Below are positions 9,407 to 18,230 of a stretch of 37,117 nt of DNA, one piece after another (the first letter of the stretch is position 1; the number at the start of each line of letters is the position of its first letter). The stretch covers positions 1 through 37,117 of the forward strand of contig JAWXCN010000273.1 of NCBI GenBank assembly GCA_034408725.1, in the 5' to 3' direction. The DNA comes from Candidatus Hydrogenedentota bacterium (lineage in GTDB: Bacteria > Hydrogenedentota > Hydrogenedentia > Hydrogenedentales > SLHB01). The position numbers were made by a program, and so were the translations under genes. Under the pieces are notes generated by a model. It was not told the DNA's origin, made no database searches, and worked only from the letters and a program-made list of their open reading frames with translations.

Positions 9407-12001
9407 TTACCGGCCGTGCCGGAGCGGTGGGCCCGGTGAAGCATCGGGTTTAACAAGTTCTTTGTTATCGAGCGTGGGTTCGAGTTCCGTTGCCGGTACT
9501 GTTTGCGGCACATCATTGATCGCAATTTGTGCGGGGGGTGGTCCTTCGAGCTGAATGAGCATCGGCGTTAACGGCTCGATGGTATCGGAAAACTGCATGC
9601 GATTCCCCGAAACCAGGTCAAGTCCAGAGGTGTAGTTTCCTGTCAGCTTCGCTGTTACCGGGTTCTCGCGCAAATTCACGAGATAAAGGTAGGGCACACG
9701 CTGGTGGACAACGAACCGCGATTTGACGCCGTCGAGCGGATACCCGAATTCGTTGACCAGACGCGGCGTCTCGCTGAGACCTTTCAGATCGTATGCGGCG
9801 TCCAGCGCATCTAGGTATGCGCGAGGCGTGTCTTCGCCCCGGATATAAATCGTGCGCGTTGATACGGAAATCGTATCTACCCGTCCAATGCCGTGTTCCG
9901 TATAGGGAATCGACGTGCCTTGCCGGACGGCTACCCCGCCGCGTTGAATGAAATGGTTCACCACGTGGAAAGCGTCATCGGTCAATGCGAGCGCGCGCGG
10001 AATGACCAGCACTTCGACGCCGCCAAGACCTTCGCGCTCTATTTCGCGCTCGCTGATGAACCGTACGTGAAGGCCGAATCCCGCGCAGCCTTCGTATGCC
10101 CGGCGCGCCGATGCGAGGAACGGGTCACCGTGATCAAATATTTTGGATGACATGCTCCAGAGAATACGCACGGGCGCCGGCGCCCGTTGGAACGACGTTA
10201 TAATCGGCGCCAACCGGTTGACATCAAGATGCGCCGTTGCGTATCCGTCAATGAGTTCAGGCCGGCCCAAAACGCCGGACTCGCCGGGCCGTCCAAAATC
10301 AATCGCCGAACCGTTCAAACCCGCCATCACCGCTTCCCACATCATGGTGCGCACGCGGCCGAATCCGCCGTATCCCGTCACCGGCGCGGGGATGACAAAC
10401 CCGTCAGCCGTGTTCATCACCGGCGCGGGGTTCAACGATCGCAGCAATGAATAGTACGACGCCTGGATAGAGGGACCGATTGCGAGCTGTTCGCCGTCGA
10501 GGGGCTGCGTCGTCTCGCAGCCGTTAATATCCATCGACGCGAGGATTGATTCCAGATCTATTCCGCCCATAGTTTCCTGGAGGTCGAATGCGCTGTCCGC
10601 GAACTGGACCTGCACCGGTATGCCCGGCGCCGACTCGCGCCCCATGCCGGCGAGCCAGGAAAAGAGTTGCGTGCCCAGTTCCTGGTGGTACGTCTGTAGA
10701 TCGTACCGGTACGCGCGGCGCCGTGAATCCCAGTCCACCTCGATTTCGTCAAAGGACATATACCGCGTCTTCCATTCGCGGTTCATGTGATGGTAGTCCT
10801 TATACCGGGCGCTGGCCACTGTTATGAGGCCTTCGCGCAACACTTCGTCCGGCAATCGCAGCGCTGGGTTCTCCGCCAATGAAATGCTGAGCAGACCCGG
10901 GTGACCGCTTACAAGTTCCGACACCGTGCGGGTGTGCCGCGCCAAAAGCGCGCGGGCCGCAGGGGCCATCAAATCATATCCAAAGCTGCCGCCCTTGCCA
11001 TCCGCGAGAACCGGCATTGCCTCGCGCGCCCATGTTGGCAGTTGGTCGGGCGCGAGTTGGACTACAACGCGCACGCCGCGTTTTTGTGCTTCTTCCAAAA
11101 AATTGAGTAGCCCATGCGTCGCTCCACTGACGATGTCTGGTCCGTCCATGGACTCGGCAAGCCCAAGCCGGTATACCGCGAGATCAAGGCCATAGCGTTC
11201 GAGCACTGGCAATTGGCTCGCCAACGTAGAATCATACGACGCGCCGAACAGAAAAACCGGACCTTTCTCCGTTTCAAATGCGCCTTCTCGAATCGTAATT
11301 GGTGCCGGAAGCGCCGGAACTCTCGGCCACGACGATTCGGTCGCCGGCGTGACAATGCTGAGTTCGGCAATTGTGACTTCGGCTAAATTGGCCAGGTAGT
11401 CCGCGAAGTCAGCGGCCTTTTGCCAATCGCCCGCTGCCAGCGCCGCCGTCGCCACGGGTAAATAATCATTGATAACCACCGTGTGCAAAGCCGCATACGC
11501 AGGCACGCTCCTGCCGCCGAACGCACCCAATGCAGATCGAAGCCTCGCTGCCTCCACCTCGACGGCATCCACCTTCGCGGAAATGTTTGGTCCGGTTAGC
11601 AGACGCACTGCCAGACGATGTTCCGCAAGCGTCCCGCCCGTGCGACGGTTGAGAACGAAATGGGCCGCATACACGCCGTCAGCGAGCGATTCCGGGTTCC
11701 AGGTGAATATCGCGGGAGCAACCTTATTCGCGAGGTCCAGGGATAATTTACCTGTATGGATAGCGGTTCCCGCGGGGTCCAAAATTGTAAGCGCCAAATC
11801 TGCTTGATCAATGGGTTCCAGCGCGACTACCTGCGTATCAAACGTAATTGTGGATGGGAGGGAATGCTCGGGAACAAAACGCGGGTGAATACTGGCCTGG
11901 CTGGTTGGGCTATCCCCGGAGGGAGCGAGCCAGAGCCGTTGCTGTGCATAGCTTACGTTCGAGGCTACAAGCAGCAGGGTTCCAATCAGGAAACACCGCA
12001 T
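9407..12001 (-). CDS. Secreted GH42-like (beta-galactosidase-like) protein with trimerisation-type domain
   Basis: Signal peptide. RYKDYHHMNREWKTRY resembles the GH42 Y..I..LN..W motif. Also MMWEAVMAGLNG and VLVIPRALALTDDA (GATase-like trimerisation domain). RBS AAAGGA. Confidence 0.65.
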   Translation of the reverse strand: MRCFLIGTLLLVASNVSYAQQRLWLAPSGDSPTSQASIHPRFVPEHSLPSTITFDTQVVALEPIDQADLALTILDPAGTAIHTGKLSLDLANKVAPAIFTWNPESLADGVYAAHFVLNRRTGGTLAEHRLAVRLLTGPNISAKVDAVEVEAARLRSALGAFGGRSVPAYAALHTVVINDYLPVATAALAAGDWQKAADFADYLANLAEVTIAELSIVTPATESSWPRVPALPAPITIREGAFETEKGPVFLFGASYDSTLASQLPVLERYGLDLAVYRLGLAESMDGPDIVSGATHGLLNFLEEAQKRGVRVVVQLAPDQLPTWAREAMPVLADGKGGSFGYDLMAPAARALLARHTRTVSELVSGHPGLLSISLAENPALRLPDEVLREGLITVASARYKDYHHMNREWKTRYMSFDEIEVDWDSRRRAYRYDLQTYHQELGTQLFSWLAGMGRESAPGIPVQVQFADSAFDLQETMGGIDLESILASMDINGCETTQPLDGEQLAIGPSIQASYYSLLRSLNPAPVMNTADGFVIPAPVTGYGGFGRVRTMMWEAVMAGLNGSAIDFGRPGESGVLGRPELIDGYATAHLDVNRLAPIITSFQRAPAPVRILWSMSSKIFDHGDPFLASARRAYEGCAGFGLHVRFISEREIEREGLGGVEVLVIPRALALTDDAFHVVNHFIQRGGVAVRQGTSIPYTEHGIGRVDTISVSTRTIYIRGEDTPRAYLDALDAAYDLKGLSETPRLVNEFGYPLDGVKSRFVVHQRVPYLYLVNLRENPVTAKLTGNYTSGLDLVSGNRMQFSDTIEPLTPMLIQLEGPPPAQIAINDVPQTVPATELEPTLDNKELVKPDASPGPPLRHGR

Positions 12002-12043
12002 TATCTAGATATCCTTTCCCGGAAGGGGCAGACCTTGCATGCC

Positions 12044-12072
12044 ATTGTAGAGAACGCGGGGTTGGCTGTCAA
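12044..12072 (-). promoter_or_regulatory. Sigma70-type promoter for the GH42-like gene
   Basis: Minus strand TTGACA (12072-12067), 17 bp spacer, TACAAT (12049-12044). Confidence 0.7.
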
Positions 12073-12509
12073 AGGGTAGAACGGTTGACGGGCGTAAGGT
12101 GTTGACACCGGTTAGGCTATGGACGACGCGGATTTCGGGGGTTTTTGTTTCTGTGCGACACAACTCATCTGCTGACAGTATGTTACCAGTTGTTGCGAGA
12201 CTCCCGGTTGCCCATCCGAAGACTAGGCAAAAAACTCCGGTGACTAGCATTATTCGTATACTGCGCTTTGTGATGTCTATCCCTTTTGACGGTAGTTAGA
12301 TACAACCTGTGTCGGACACCGCGACGTAAATTTGTCGGGAGTTTGGGAAACTTTCCCGATAGCTCGAGTATACAGCCAAGTAGAACTGTTGCAGAAGACG
12401 TGAATTTGTGGCAGAAATCCAGGGGAAAATGATGACGTAGGCGCTGGTTGGGCGTCACCCTTGGAGGGGTTTCGAGGGGTTGTGGAGGCGAGGAATATTG
12501 TTGACAGGG

Positions 12510-12538
12510 TTGACAACGCTCCTTCTAACCGGTACCCT
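12510..12538 (+). promoter_or_regulatory. Sigma70-type promoter for the secretin/lnt/murJ operon
   Basis: TTGACA (12510-12515), 17 bp spacer, TACCCT (12533-12538). RBS GAGAGG precedes ATG 12613. Confidence 0.55.
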
Positions 12539-12612
12539 AGTTCCCACGGGTAGGGGTTGCCACGTGGGCGACAAGGCAAGTTGCTAAATGACCCCGAGAG
12601 AGGTATCAAGTA

Positions 12613-13140
12613 ATGAATAACTCAGTGCAAACAAGATTGGCAATGATGGTGGTCATGACCACCACGGCCGCCTTGGCGCAAATGTACGCCATTCCTGTTG
12701 ACCAGGTGGATTCAAAGAAAGTCTTTTGGGGGGCCGTCACCGGTTTCGAAAAAGCCGGCGAAGTGGATTACGACGCCATTCTTCGTTCGACCCCGGAACT
12801 AAGAGAACTCAAACGCGACAAGATCGAGCGCGGGACCGGCAAATACTGGATTCTGATGAGCCAGGCGAGCGACCGTTCAACGCGGGCCATCGCCGATATT
12901 GGCCAGGGAACGGACTATGACCTGATTGCGCTGCAAGGCTATCTGGCAACGTTGACGCCAGCCATACCGGCGGATGATCTGACAAAGGTCGTATTAGAGC
13001 GGCTTGAAGGTACCCAGAAGGCGCTTGCCAAGAATAAAAGAGGCAAAGCCGTCGGGAAAGACACCAACCGCACGGCAAAGGCCGAATCGAAAAACGACCC
13101 CAAGAGCTCGAAGGCCAAGCCCACGACTGAAAAGAAGTAG
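12613..13140 (+). CDS. Secreted protein, possibly a truncated OmpH/Skp-like chaperone with a Lys-rich tail
   Basis: Signal peptide (TTAALA-Q). GEVDYDAILRSTPE and RAIADIGQGTDYDLIA...DDLTKVVLERL resemble the N- and C-terminal body motifs of Skp. The CDS is well supported; the family call is tentative. Confidence 0.55.
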   Translation: MNNSVQTRLAMMVVMTTTAALAQMYAIPVDQVDSKKVFWGAVTGFEKAGEVDYDAILRSTPELRELKRDKIERGTGKYWILMSQASDRSTRAIADIGQGTDYDLIALQGYLATLTPAIPADDLTKVVLERLEGTQKALAKNKRGKAVGKDTNRTAKAESKNDPKSSKAKPTTEKK

Positions 13141-13180
13141 GCCGGGGGGTTTGGTGGCACGCGCGTATTTCGTATCGCCG

Positions 13181-14149
13181 ATGCAAAAGCGGCGGGTGCT
13201 ACTGGGTTTCGCGGGCACGGTAGCCTGCATGCTGGCGCTATCGGCGTGCGAATCGGTTGGGCGGGAAAAAACTTCGGGTGGCCTCACTCGACCCACTCCC
13301 GGCGCTGGCGCCCGGACCGTTGCCGAAGCTCGAAAAAGCATCGAAGCGGGCGACACCACAATCGTCATTCCCCGGTTGTTGCATGTGATTAGCAACTCCC
13401 CCGAATCCAAGAACGCGATGGACGCCAGGTACTGGTTGGGCGTAGCCTACATGAAAATTGACAGCTATCGTGACGCCATGGATATGTTTCAGGAATATCA
13501 GCGGCTTGCACCCGAGGGCGCGTACGCGGCGCAAGCCAGCGATCACCTGGGCCAGTTGAAACGTATTTACGATGAGAAATATCAGACCGCGGAAGAAATG
13601 AATGCCGAGGTGAGGGTACTCGCGGACAAGGTTGCGGCGGACCCATCTGATACGGAATTGAACATGCAGTTCGCCGAGACATTGTGGAAGCGCGGTGATT
13701 ACGACAGCGCCGCGGCGATCTATTACCGCGTTATCCGGCAAGACCCCGCGCTCGCGCGTGATCCCCGCGTGAGCGGCAAAGTGGAACAATTGGCAAGTGG
13801 CGAGTTTATCGTGCTGACCCCATCGGAAGTGCAACGGCGCGAAGTCGAGCGCCAGCCGCTCTGGGTTTTCAACACGGCTTCATTCAAAAGTGGCAAAGAC
13901 CTGCTGACCCGCGAGCCTTTGTACTTCGCGGTAACGGGGCAAGTCGTGAACCGGGGCGCGAGCGTGTTATATGGCGCGCAGGTGGTGATTACGATCTACG
14001 CGTTCGGCAACATGGTGTACGACACGAACACGGTGCATATTGGCCGGCTAAATCCGGGCGAGGTCCGCGCGTTCAGCGCGCGTTTCAGCAACTTTGACAA
14101 CATCGACGAGGTAAACCGGTACGATTGCGTCGCAACATTCGACCGGTAA
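13181..14149 (+). CDS. TPR lipoprotein (BamD/YbgF-like repeats) with C-terminal FxLYD-like Ig-fold domain
   Basis: MQKRR-hydrophobic-LSAC lipobox. TPR-like segments ARYWLGVAYMKIDSYRDA and FAETLWKRGDYDSAA. C-terminal VTGQVVNRG...ITIY...LNPGEVRAF. Confidence 0.7.
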   Translation: MQKRRVLLGFAGTVACMLALSACESVGREKTSGGLTRPTPGAGARTVAEARKSIEAGDTTIVIPRLLHVISNSPESKNAMDARYWLGVAYMKIDSYRDAMDMFQEYQRLAPEGAYAAQASDHLGQLKRIYDEKYQTAEEMNAEVRVLADKVAADPSDTELNMQFAETLWKRGDYDSAAAIYYRVIRQDPALARDPRVSGKVEQLASGEFIVLTPSEVQRREVERQPLWVFNTASFKSGKDLLTREPLYFAVTGQVVNRGASVLYGAQVVITIYAFGNMVYDTNTVHIGRLNPGEVRAFSARFSNFDNIDEVNRYDCVATFDR

Positions 14150-14153
14150 TATC

Positions 14154-15341
14154 ATGAAACGAATTGCCATAGCGGGCGTACTCTGGGTTGCATTGCACGC
14201 GGGCATCGCGCAAGCGGCGCCGTTTCCCGTGCCACCGGTCCTTGATCCGCCCCGGCCCGCCCCAACTTTGCCGACGACTCCGTTGTCGGCGGACGCGCCG
14301 AAACAGGCGAATATTTCCGTCAAAGTCGTAGAGTTTCAGGCGACGAAGGGGGTTGAAACGGGCCTGAGCGCGTTCTATGCGCGCAGGAATAATTCCAAGC
14401 CGTTTGGCAGGGTGTCAGATGGAGAAGGCGCGATATCAACGGCGGACCTGACCTTCCCGCTGCTGGCTGAAGGCTCTATCACTGTGTTCCTCGATCGGCT
14501 CCGGCTGGCCGACGGCGACCTCGAGTTAATGCTGCAAGCGCTCGTCACTGAAAATAGGGCTTTCATTCTCGACCGCCCTCGCGCGATGGTGCCGGTACGC
14601 GGAACGGTTCCCACCACGATTGAAACCGTCGAAGAGAATCCATACGAAAGCCCCACCGTCGTCGGGACGACCGTGGTCGCGGCAACCGAATTCCGTAAAA
14701 CCGGCGTTATCATGACTGTCCAGATTATTGACGTTATCGATGATGATGGAAGTTGGGAGACTACCGAAGATACGTATTTCTGTTTGCTGCTGCGTTCGGA
14801 AGTAAAGGAGCTCGGGGAGGAAATTGTCGTCGCCGAGCAGGACCGGCTCGTAGGCGCAAGCCGTATAACGGCGCCGACGTTCGTATCGCGAAGCATCGAT
14901 ACGCAGGTGTGGGTCCGGCATGGCCAAGTCCTCGTATTGGGGGGGCTGTTCCGCAACCGCAAACTGAAAACTATCGAGACGGTTCCCGGCCTGTCCAAGC
15001 TGGAAGACATGACGATTGGGTTGGCCGAGCGCATAATCCCCGGCAATGTGCTTGGCTCGCCGGCGACCTCGACGTTTAGTTCAAAAGCGAATGAAGAACA
15101 ACGGCGCGAGCTCGTGTTTTTCATTAAAGCCGAAGGGTGGCGCCCCTCATACACGGTGTCGGAAGAAGTCGAAGGTCCAATCGACGATGAAAAGCGCAGG
15201 GGGCGTTTGCGTCCGACCGATATCATCGGGAATGTAATCGGCGGAATCACGAGCATTCCTGAGGGGATTGCGGAAGGTATCGTGGGCGAGATAGAAGAGG
15301 ACGGGATCGAATCGGAGCTTCGCGGGAGCCCCGCGAAATGA
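14154..15341 (+). CDS. Type II/III secretion secretin-domain protein (no N-domains), copy 1
   Basis: Signal peptide, then KQANISVKVVE, LQALVTENRAFILDRP, EFRKTGVIMTV, RSIDTQVWVRHGQVLVLGGL and RELVFFI. Confidence 0.8.
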   Translation: MKRIAIAGVLWVALHAGIAQAAPFPVPPVLDPPRPAPTLPTTPLSADAPKQANISVKVVEFQATKGVETGLSAFYARRNNSKPFGRVSDGEGAISTADLTFPLLAEGSITVFLDRLRLADGDLELMLQALVTENRAFILDRPRAMVPVRGTVPTTIETVEENPYESPTVVGTTVVAATEFRKTGVIMTVQIIDVIDDDGSWETTEDTYFCLLLRSEVKELGEEIVVAEQDRLVGASRITAPTFVSRSIDTQVWVRHGQVLVLGGLFRNRKLKTIETVPGLSKLEDMTIGLAERIIPGNVLGSPATSTFSSKANEEQRRELVFFIKAEGWRPSYTVSEEVEGPIDDEKRRGRLRPTDIIGNVIGGITSIPEGIAEGIVGEIEEDGIESELRGSPAK

Positions 15342-16558
15342 TCCTCAAACGGCACATAGCCGTCATCGCACTGTCGTTTACTTCTGCTTTCGCGCAGGAC
15401 GCGCCCGCGCTGGCCGCGCCCGCGGCCGAAACCCCCGCCGTGGCTGCGCCCGCGGCCGAAGCGCCGGCGGTGGCTGCACCCGCGGCTGAAGCCCCCGCGG
15501 TGGTGGCCCCCGTTCCACCTCCGGCAGACCCGGCCGCTCCGGCTGTGCCCGCACCCGCGCCCCCGCCACCATTGACCGATATCCGGCAGGTGCAGATTCA
15601 GGTATGGATTAGCCAAACGGATGAAGACGGGCTGCGCGAAATTGGCTCGAATATTAATTATACGCGGTTTGTGCGAGGCAGGGAACAGAGCGGCTCGCTC
15701 GAACGCGTGCGGACTGAAACGTTTAACCCATCGGGAACGACGTTTCAAACGACGCTACCCGCCCCGGACAGCAATACCTATCCCGACAACGTGCGGCTCA
15801 CCCCGGAATCGGACACACCGTGGACCCCCGGAAACACTTTGGTGAACGACCTCGGACGGCCCGGCGAAGTACAAATCAACGCGCACCGCGGCGCGGGTCT
15901 GACGTATGACATTATCGATACTGATCGTGGGACGATTGATGGCATCCTTCGCGGCATTGAGACGAAAGCCGATTCCGATCTGATCTCCCGGCCCGAACTC
16001 CTCGTGATGAATAACGCCATCGCGGAAATCCGGGCGGGCGACGAGATACCGTTTCAGTCGGTGACCTACACCTCTACGACCCCGTCATTGAAAATCACGT
16101 GGCGTAGTCTCGGAGTTAATATTTATCTGCAACCGACAATCCTGACACCCGATCTTGTACAAATAAATATTCCGAACCTGGAAGTGAGTGATCGGCTGAA
16201 AGATACGCCGATACAAGGTCTTCAAATTCCCGTGTTTTCCTCGCGCCGCCAAACGGGCACAGTTATCGTCCCAAATGCTCAAACGCTCGTCATCGGCGGG
16301 CTCTCGACGCGGGCAATCCGCAAGACGGAGAAGCGTGTGCCCATCATTGGCAGGCTTCCTGTGCTCGGCATTCCTTTTCGTGGGCGCTCGAACGAAGCCA
16401 CCACCAGCCAACTTCTGGTGTTCATATCGCCTACCATCGTCGATCTGCGTGCCATGAAGCCGGAAATGGAAAGCGCGCTGAATTTCTGGCAAGGAAATGA
16501 ATGGCAGAACATCGATGAAATGTCGCAGGAAGTCGAATTGATGGACGAAGACCTGTAG
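15338..16558 (+). CDS. Type II/III secretion secretin-domain protein (no N-domains), copy 2
   Basis: ATGA overlap and signal peptide. Motifs: RQVQIQVWI, LISRPELLVMNNAIAEIRAGDEIP, QTLVIGGL, KRVPIIGRLPVLGIPFR and LLVFISPTIV. Confidence 0.85.
   Translation: MILKRHIAVIALSFTSAFAQDAPALAAPAAETPAVAAPAAEAPAVAAPAAEAPAVVAPVPPPADPAAPAVPAPAPPPPLTDIRQVQIQVWISQTDEDGLREIGSNINYTRFVRGREQSGSLERVRTETFNPSGTTFQTTLPAPDSNTYPDNVRLTPESDTPWTPGNTLVNDLGRPGEVQINAHRGAGLTYDIIDTDRGTIDGILRGIETKADSDLISRPELLVMNNAIAEIRAGDEIPFQSVTYTSTTPSLKITWRSLGVNIYLQPTILTPDLVQINIPNLEVSDRLKDTPIQGLQIPVFSSRRQTGTVIVPNAQTLVIGGLSTRAIRKTEKRVPIIGRLPVLGIPFRGRSNEATTSQLLVFISPTIVDLRAMKPEMESALNFWQGNEWQNIDEMSQEVELMDEDL
15411..15510 (+). repeat. 30-bp coding tandem repeat, about 3.3 copies (APAAE[T/A]PAV[A/V])
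   Basis: tggccgcgcccgcggccgaaacccccgccg / tggctgcgcccgcggccgaagcgccggcgg / tggctgcacccgcggctgaagcccccgcgg / tggtggcccc. Confidence 0.9.
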
Positions 16559-16569
16559 CATTCCCCGGA

Positions 16570-18150
16570 ATGTCGCCTTTTAGCCGATCATACCTGACGC
16601 CGGTCGCCTGCGGCGCCGCATTGGCGATCGCGTTTCCCACGTGGCACATCTTCCCGCTGGCATGGGTCGCACTGGTCCCCATGCTGCGCAACTGCATGCA
16701 GCTTTCAAGACGCGCCACCGCGATGCAATTCTATGTCGCCGGTTTTATTTTTCACCTCGTGCTCCTGCAATGGCTCATGACCAATATATACTGGGCGGGA
16801 GGATGGGCCTGGTGGGGCTATGTTGCTTTGTCCGCCATATTGGCGTTGTATTGGTGGTTCACGGGCCTTTTCTGGAGCTATGCGCGCACAAACCTGAAAT
16901 GGTTGCCGCCAGAATTGTCGCTTCCCGTTCTTTGGATAGCAATGGAGTATCTCCAGTCGTTCCTCTTCACCGGTTTCGGATGGAGCGGTCTTGCCTATTC
17001 CCAAGGGAGCGACCTGTGGTTGGCGCAATGGGCCGCGCTCGGTGGCGCGCCCATTGTGAGCGGGATTGTGCTACTCATCAATGTGCTGATCGCCCGCGCA
17101 TGGTCTGAACCACGCGGAAAGATTGTGCGCTTGCTTGCCGCGGCCATCGTGCTCGCCGGCTCGCATGGCATCGGCGCCGCAATGATGGAGGCGCCGGATT
17201 ACGGAAAAGCTCCGTTCAAAGCGGCATTGTTGCAGGCCGACTTTCCGCTTGAAATGAAATGGGACCGCGAATACACCGTCGAGATGGTGCGTAACGCCTC
17301 TCAGAAGTCGCGAATGCTTGTCGCGCAAGAGCCGGCGGACCTGATTGTGTGGCCCGAATCGCTGATCATGGACGATATCGAGTTGCCGGAGATTCTCGAA
17401 GAAGTCTCGACGCTCGCGCGCGATACGGGCGCAAACCTGTTTGCGGGCGCGCACCGCATGAACGAATCCCAAAAGAGCATGAACTCCGCCTATCTGATTG
17501 ACGCGGACGGCGTCGTGCAGGAGTATTACGACAAAATACATCTCGCGCCGTTCGGCGAGTACGTGCCGTTGAGCACCTTCCTTCCGTTTATAAAACAAGT
17601 TGTCCCGGCGATTGGAAACATTGAGCACGGCGCGATTGTGAAAACGTTTCCGGTGTCAGGCCGCGAGATTGGGCCATTGATTTGTTTCGAGGTGCTTTTC
17701 CCCGAGATGGCGGAAGCGTTGCGCCGGGATGGCGCGGACATATTAGTCGTGATCACCAACCTGGGGTGGTTTGGAGCGAGCAACGCCATTGGCCAGGAAC
17801 TCGAAATCGCGCGCCTGCGCGCAATTGAAACCCGGCTGCCACTCTTGCATTGCGCGAACACGGGCATCACGGGCGTGTTCGATCCCTGGGGGCGATTCAC
17901 CCCGGTCAATACGTATTTTCGCGACGCCGACGAGTTTTTTCCCGTGGAGTTAAAAAGCCGATACGATATGGTCACGCACCGCTTTGGCGGCGTGCTGCCA
18001 GTCGCCGCGCCCGCCTTACGGCCCTGGAATGCCGGCCCAGTAGTCGTTCCGCGCGTCGCGCTCGTCTGCGCCATACTACTCATCATGGGATCGGGCGCAT
18101 CGAGACTTTTTCAGCGCCGCGCCACAGTTGACGAAACGCCGGATGATTGA
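16570..18150 (+). CDS. lnt: Apolipoprotein N-acyltransferase
   Basis: Multi-TM N-terminus with TGFGW. Nitrilase-fold triad motifs VWPES, YDKIHLAPFGEY and LICFE, plus RAIETR. Confidence 0.95.
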   Translation: MSPFSRSYLTPVACGAALAIAFPTWHIFPLAWVALVPMLRNCMQLSRRATAMQFYVAGFIFHLVLLQWLMTNIYWAGGWAWWGYVALSAILALYWWFTGLFWSYARTNLKWLPPELSLPVLWIAMEYLQSFLFTGFGWSGLAYSQGSDLWLAQWAALGGAPIVSGIVLLINVLIARAWSEPRGKIVRLLAAAIVLAGSHGIGAAMMEAPDYGKAPFKAALLQADFPLEMKWDREYTVEMVRNASQKSRMLVAQEPADLIVWPESLIMDDIELPEILEEVSTLARDTGANLFAGAHRMNESQKSMNSAYLIDADGVVQEYYDKIHLAPFGEYVPLSTFLPFIKQVVPAIGNIEHGAIVKTFPVSGREIGPLICFEVLFPEMAEALRRDGADILVVITNLGWFGASNAIGQELEIARLRAIETRLPLLHCANTGITGVFDPWGRFTPVNTYFRDADEFFPVELKSRYDMVTHRFGGVLPVAAPALRPWNAGPVVVPRVALVCAILLIMGSGASRLFQRRATVDETPDD

Positions 18151-18230
18151 TACGCTCGCGCGCATTTTTGTGTAGAGGTCATGAAGTCACGCGCTCGCCA
18201 TCATCGGCGGGCGCCGCAAAATCAGGATTT

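Noticed and set aside
13004-13180. Extended N-termini in the ORF track (13004; likewise 3665, 18147, 21241, 27261, 31961, 32680)
   Set aside because: They overlap upstream genes or lack an RBS. Downstream starts give proper signal peptides, RBS or stop/start coupling.
14375-15748. 457-aa minus-strand ORF with Gly/Arg repeats
   Set aside because: Antisense to the secretins; the repeats mirror the Pro/Ala 30-bp tandem repeat.
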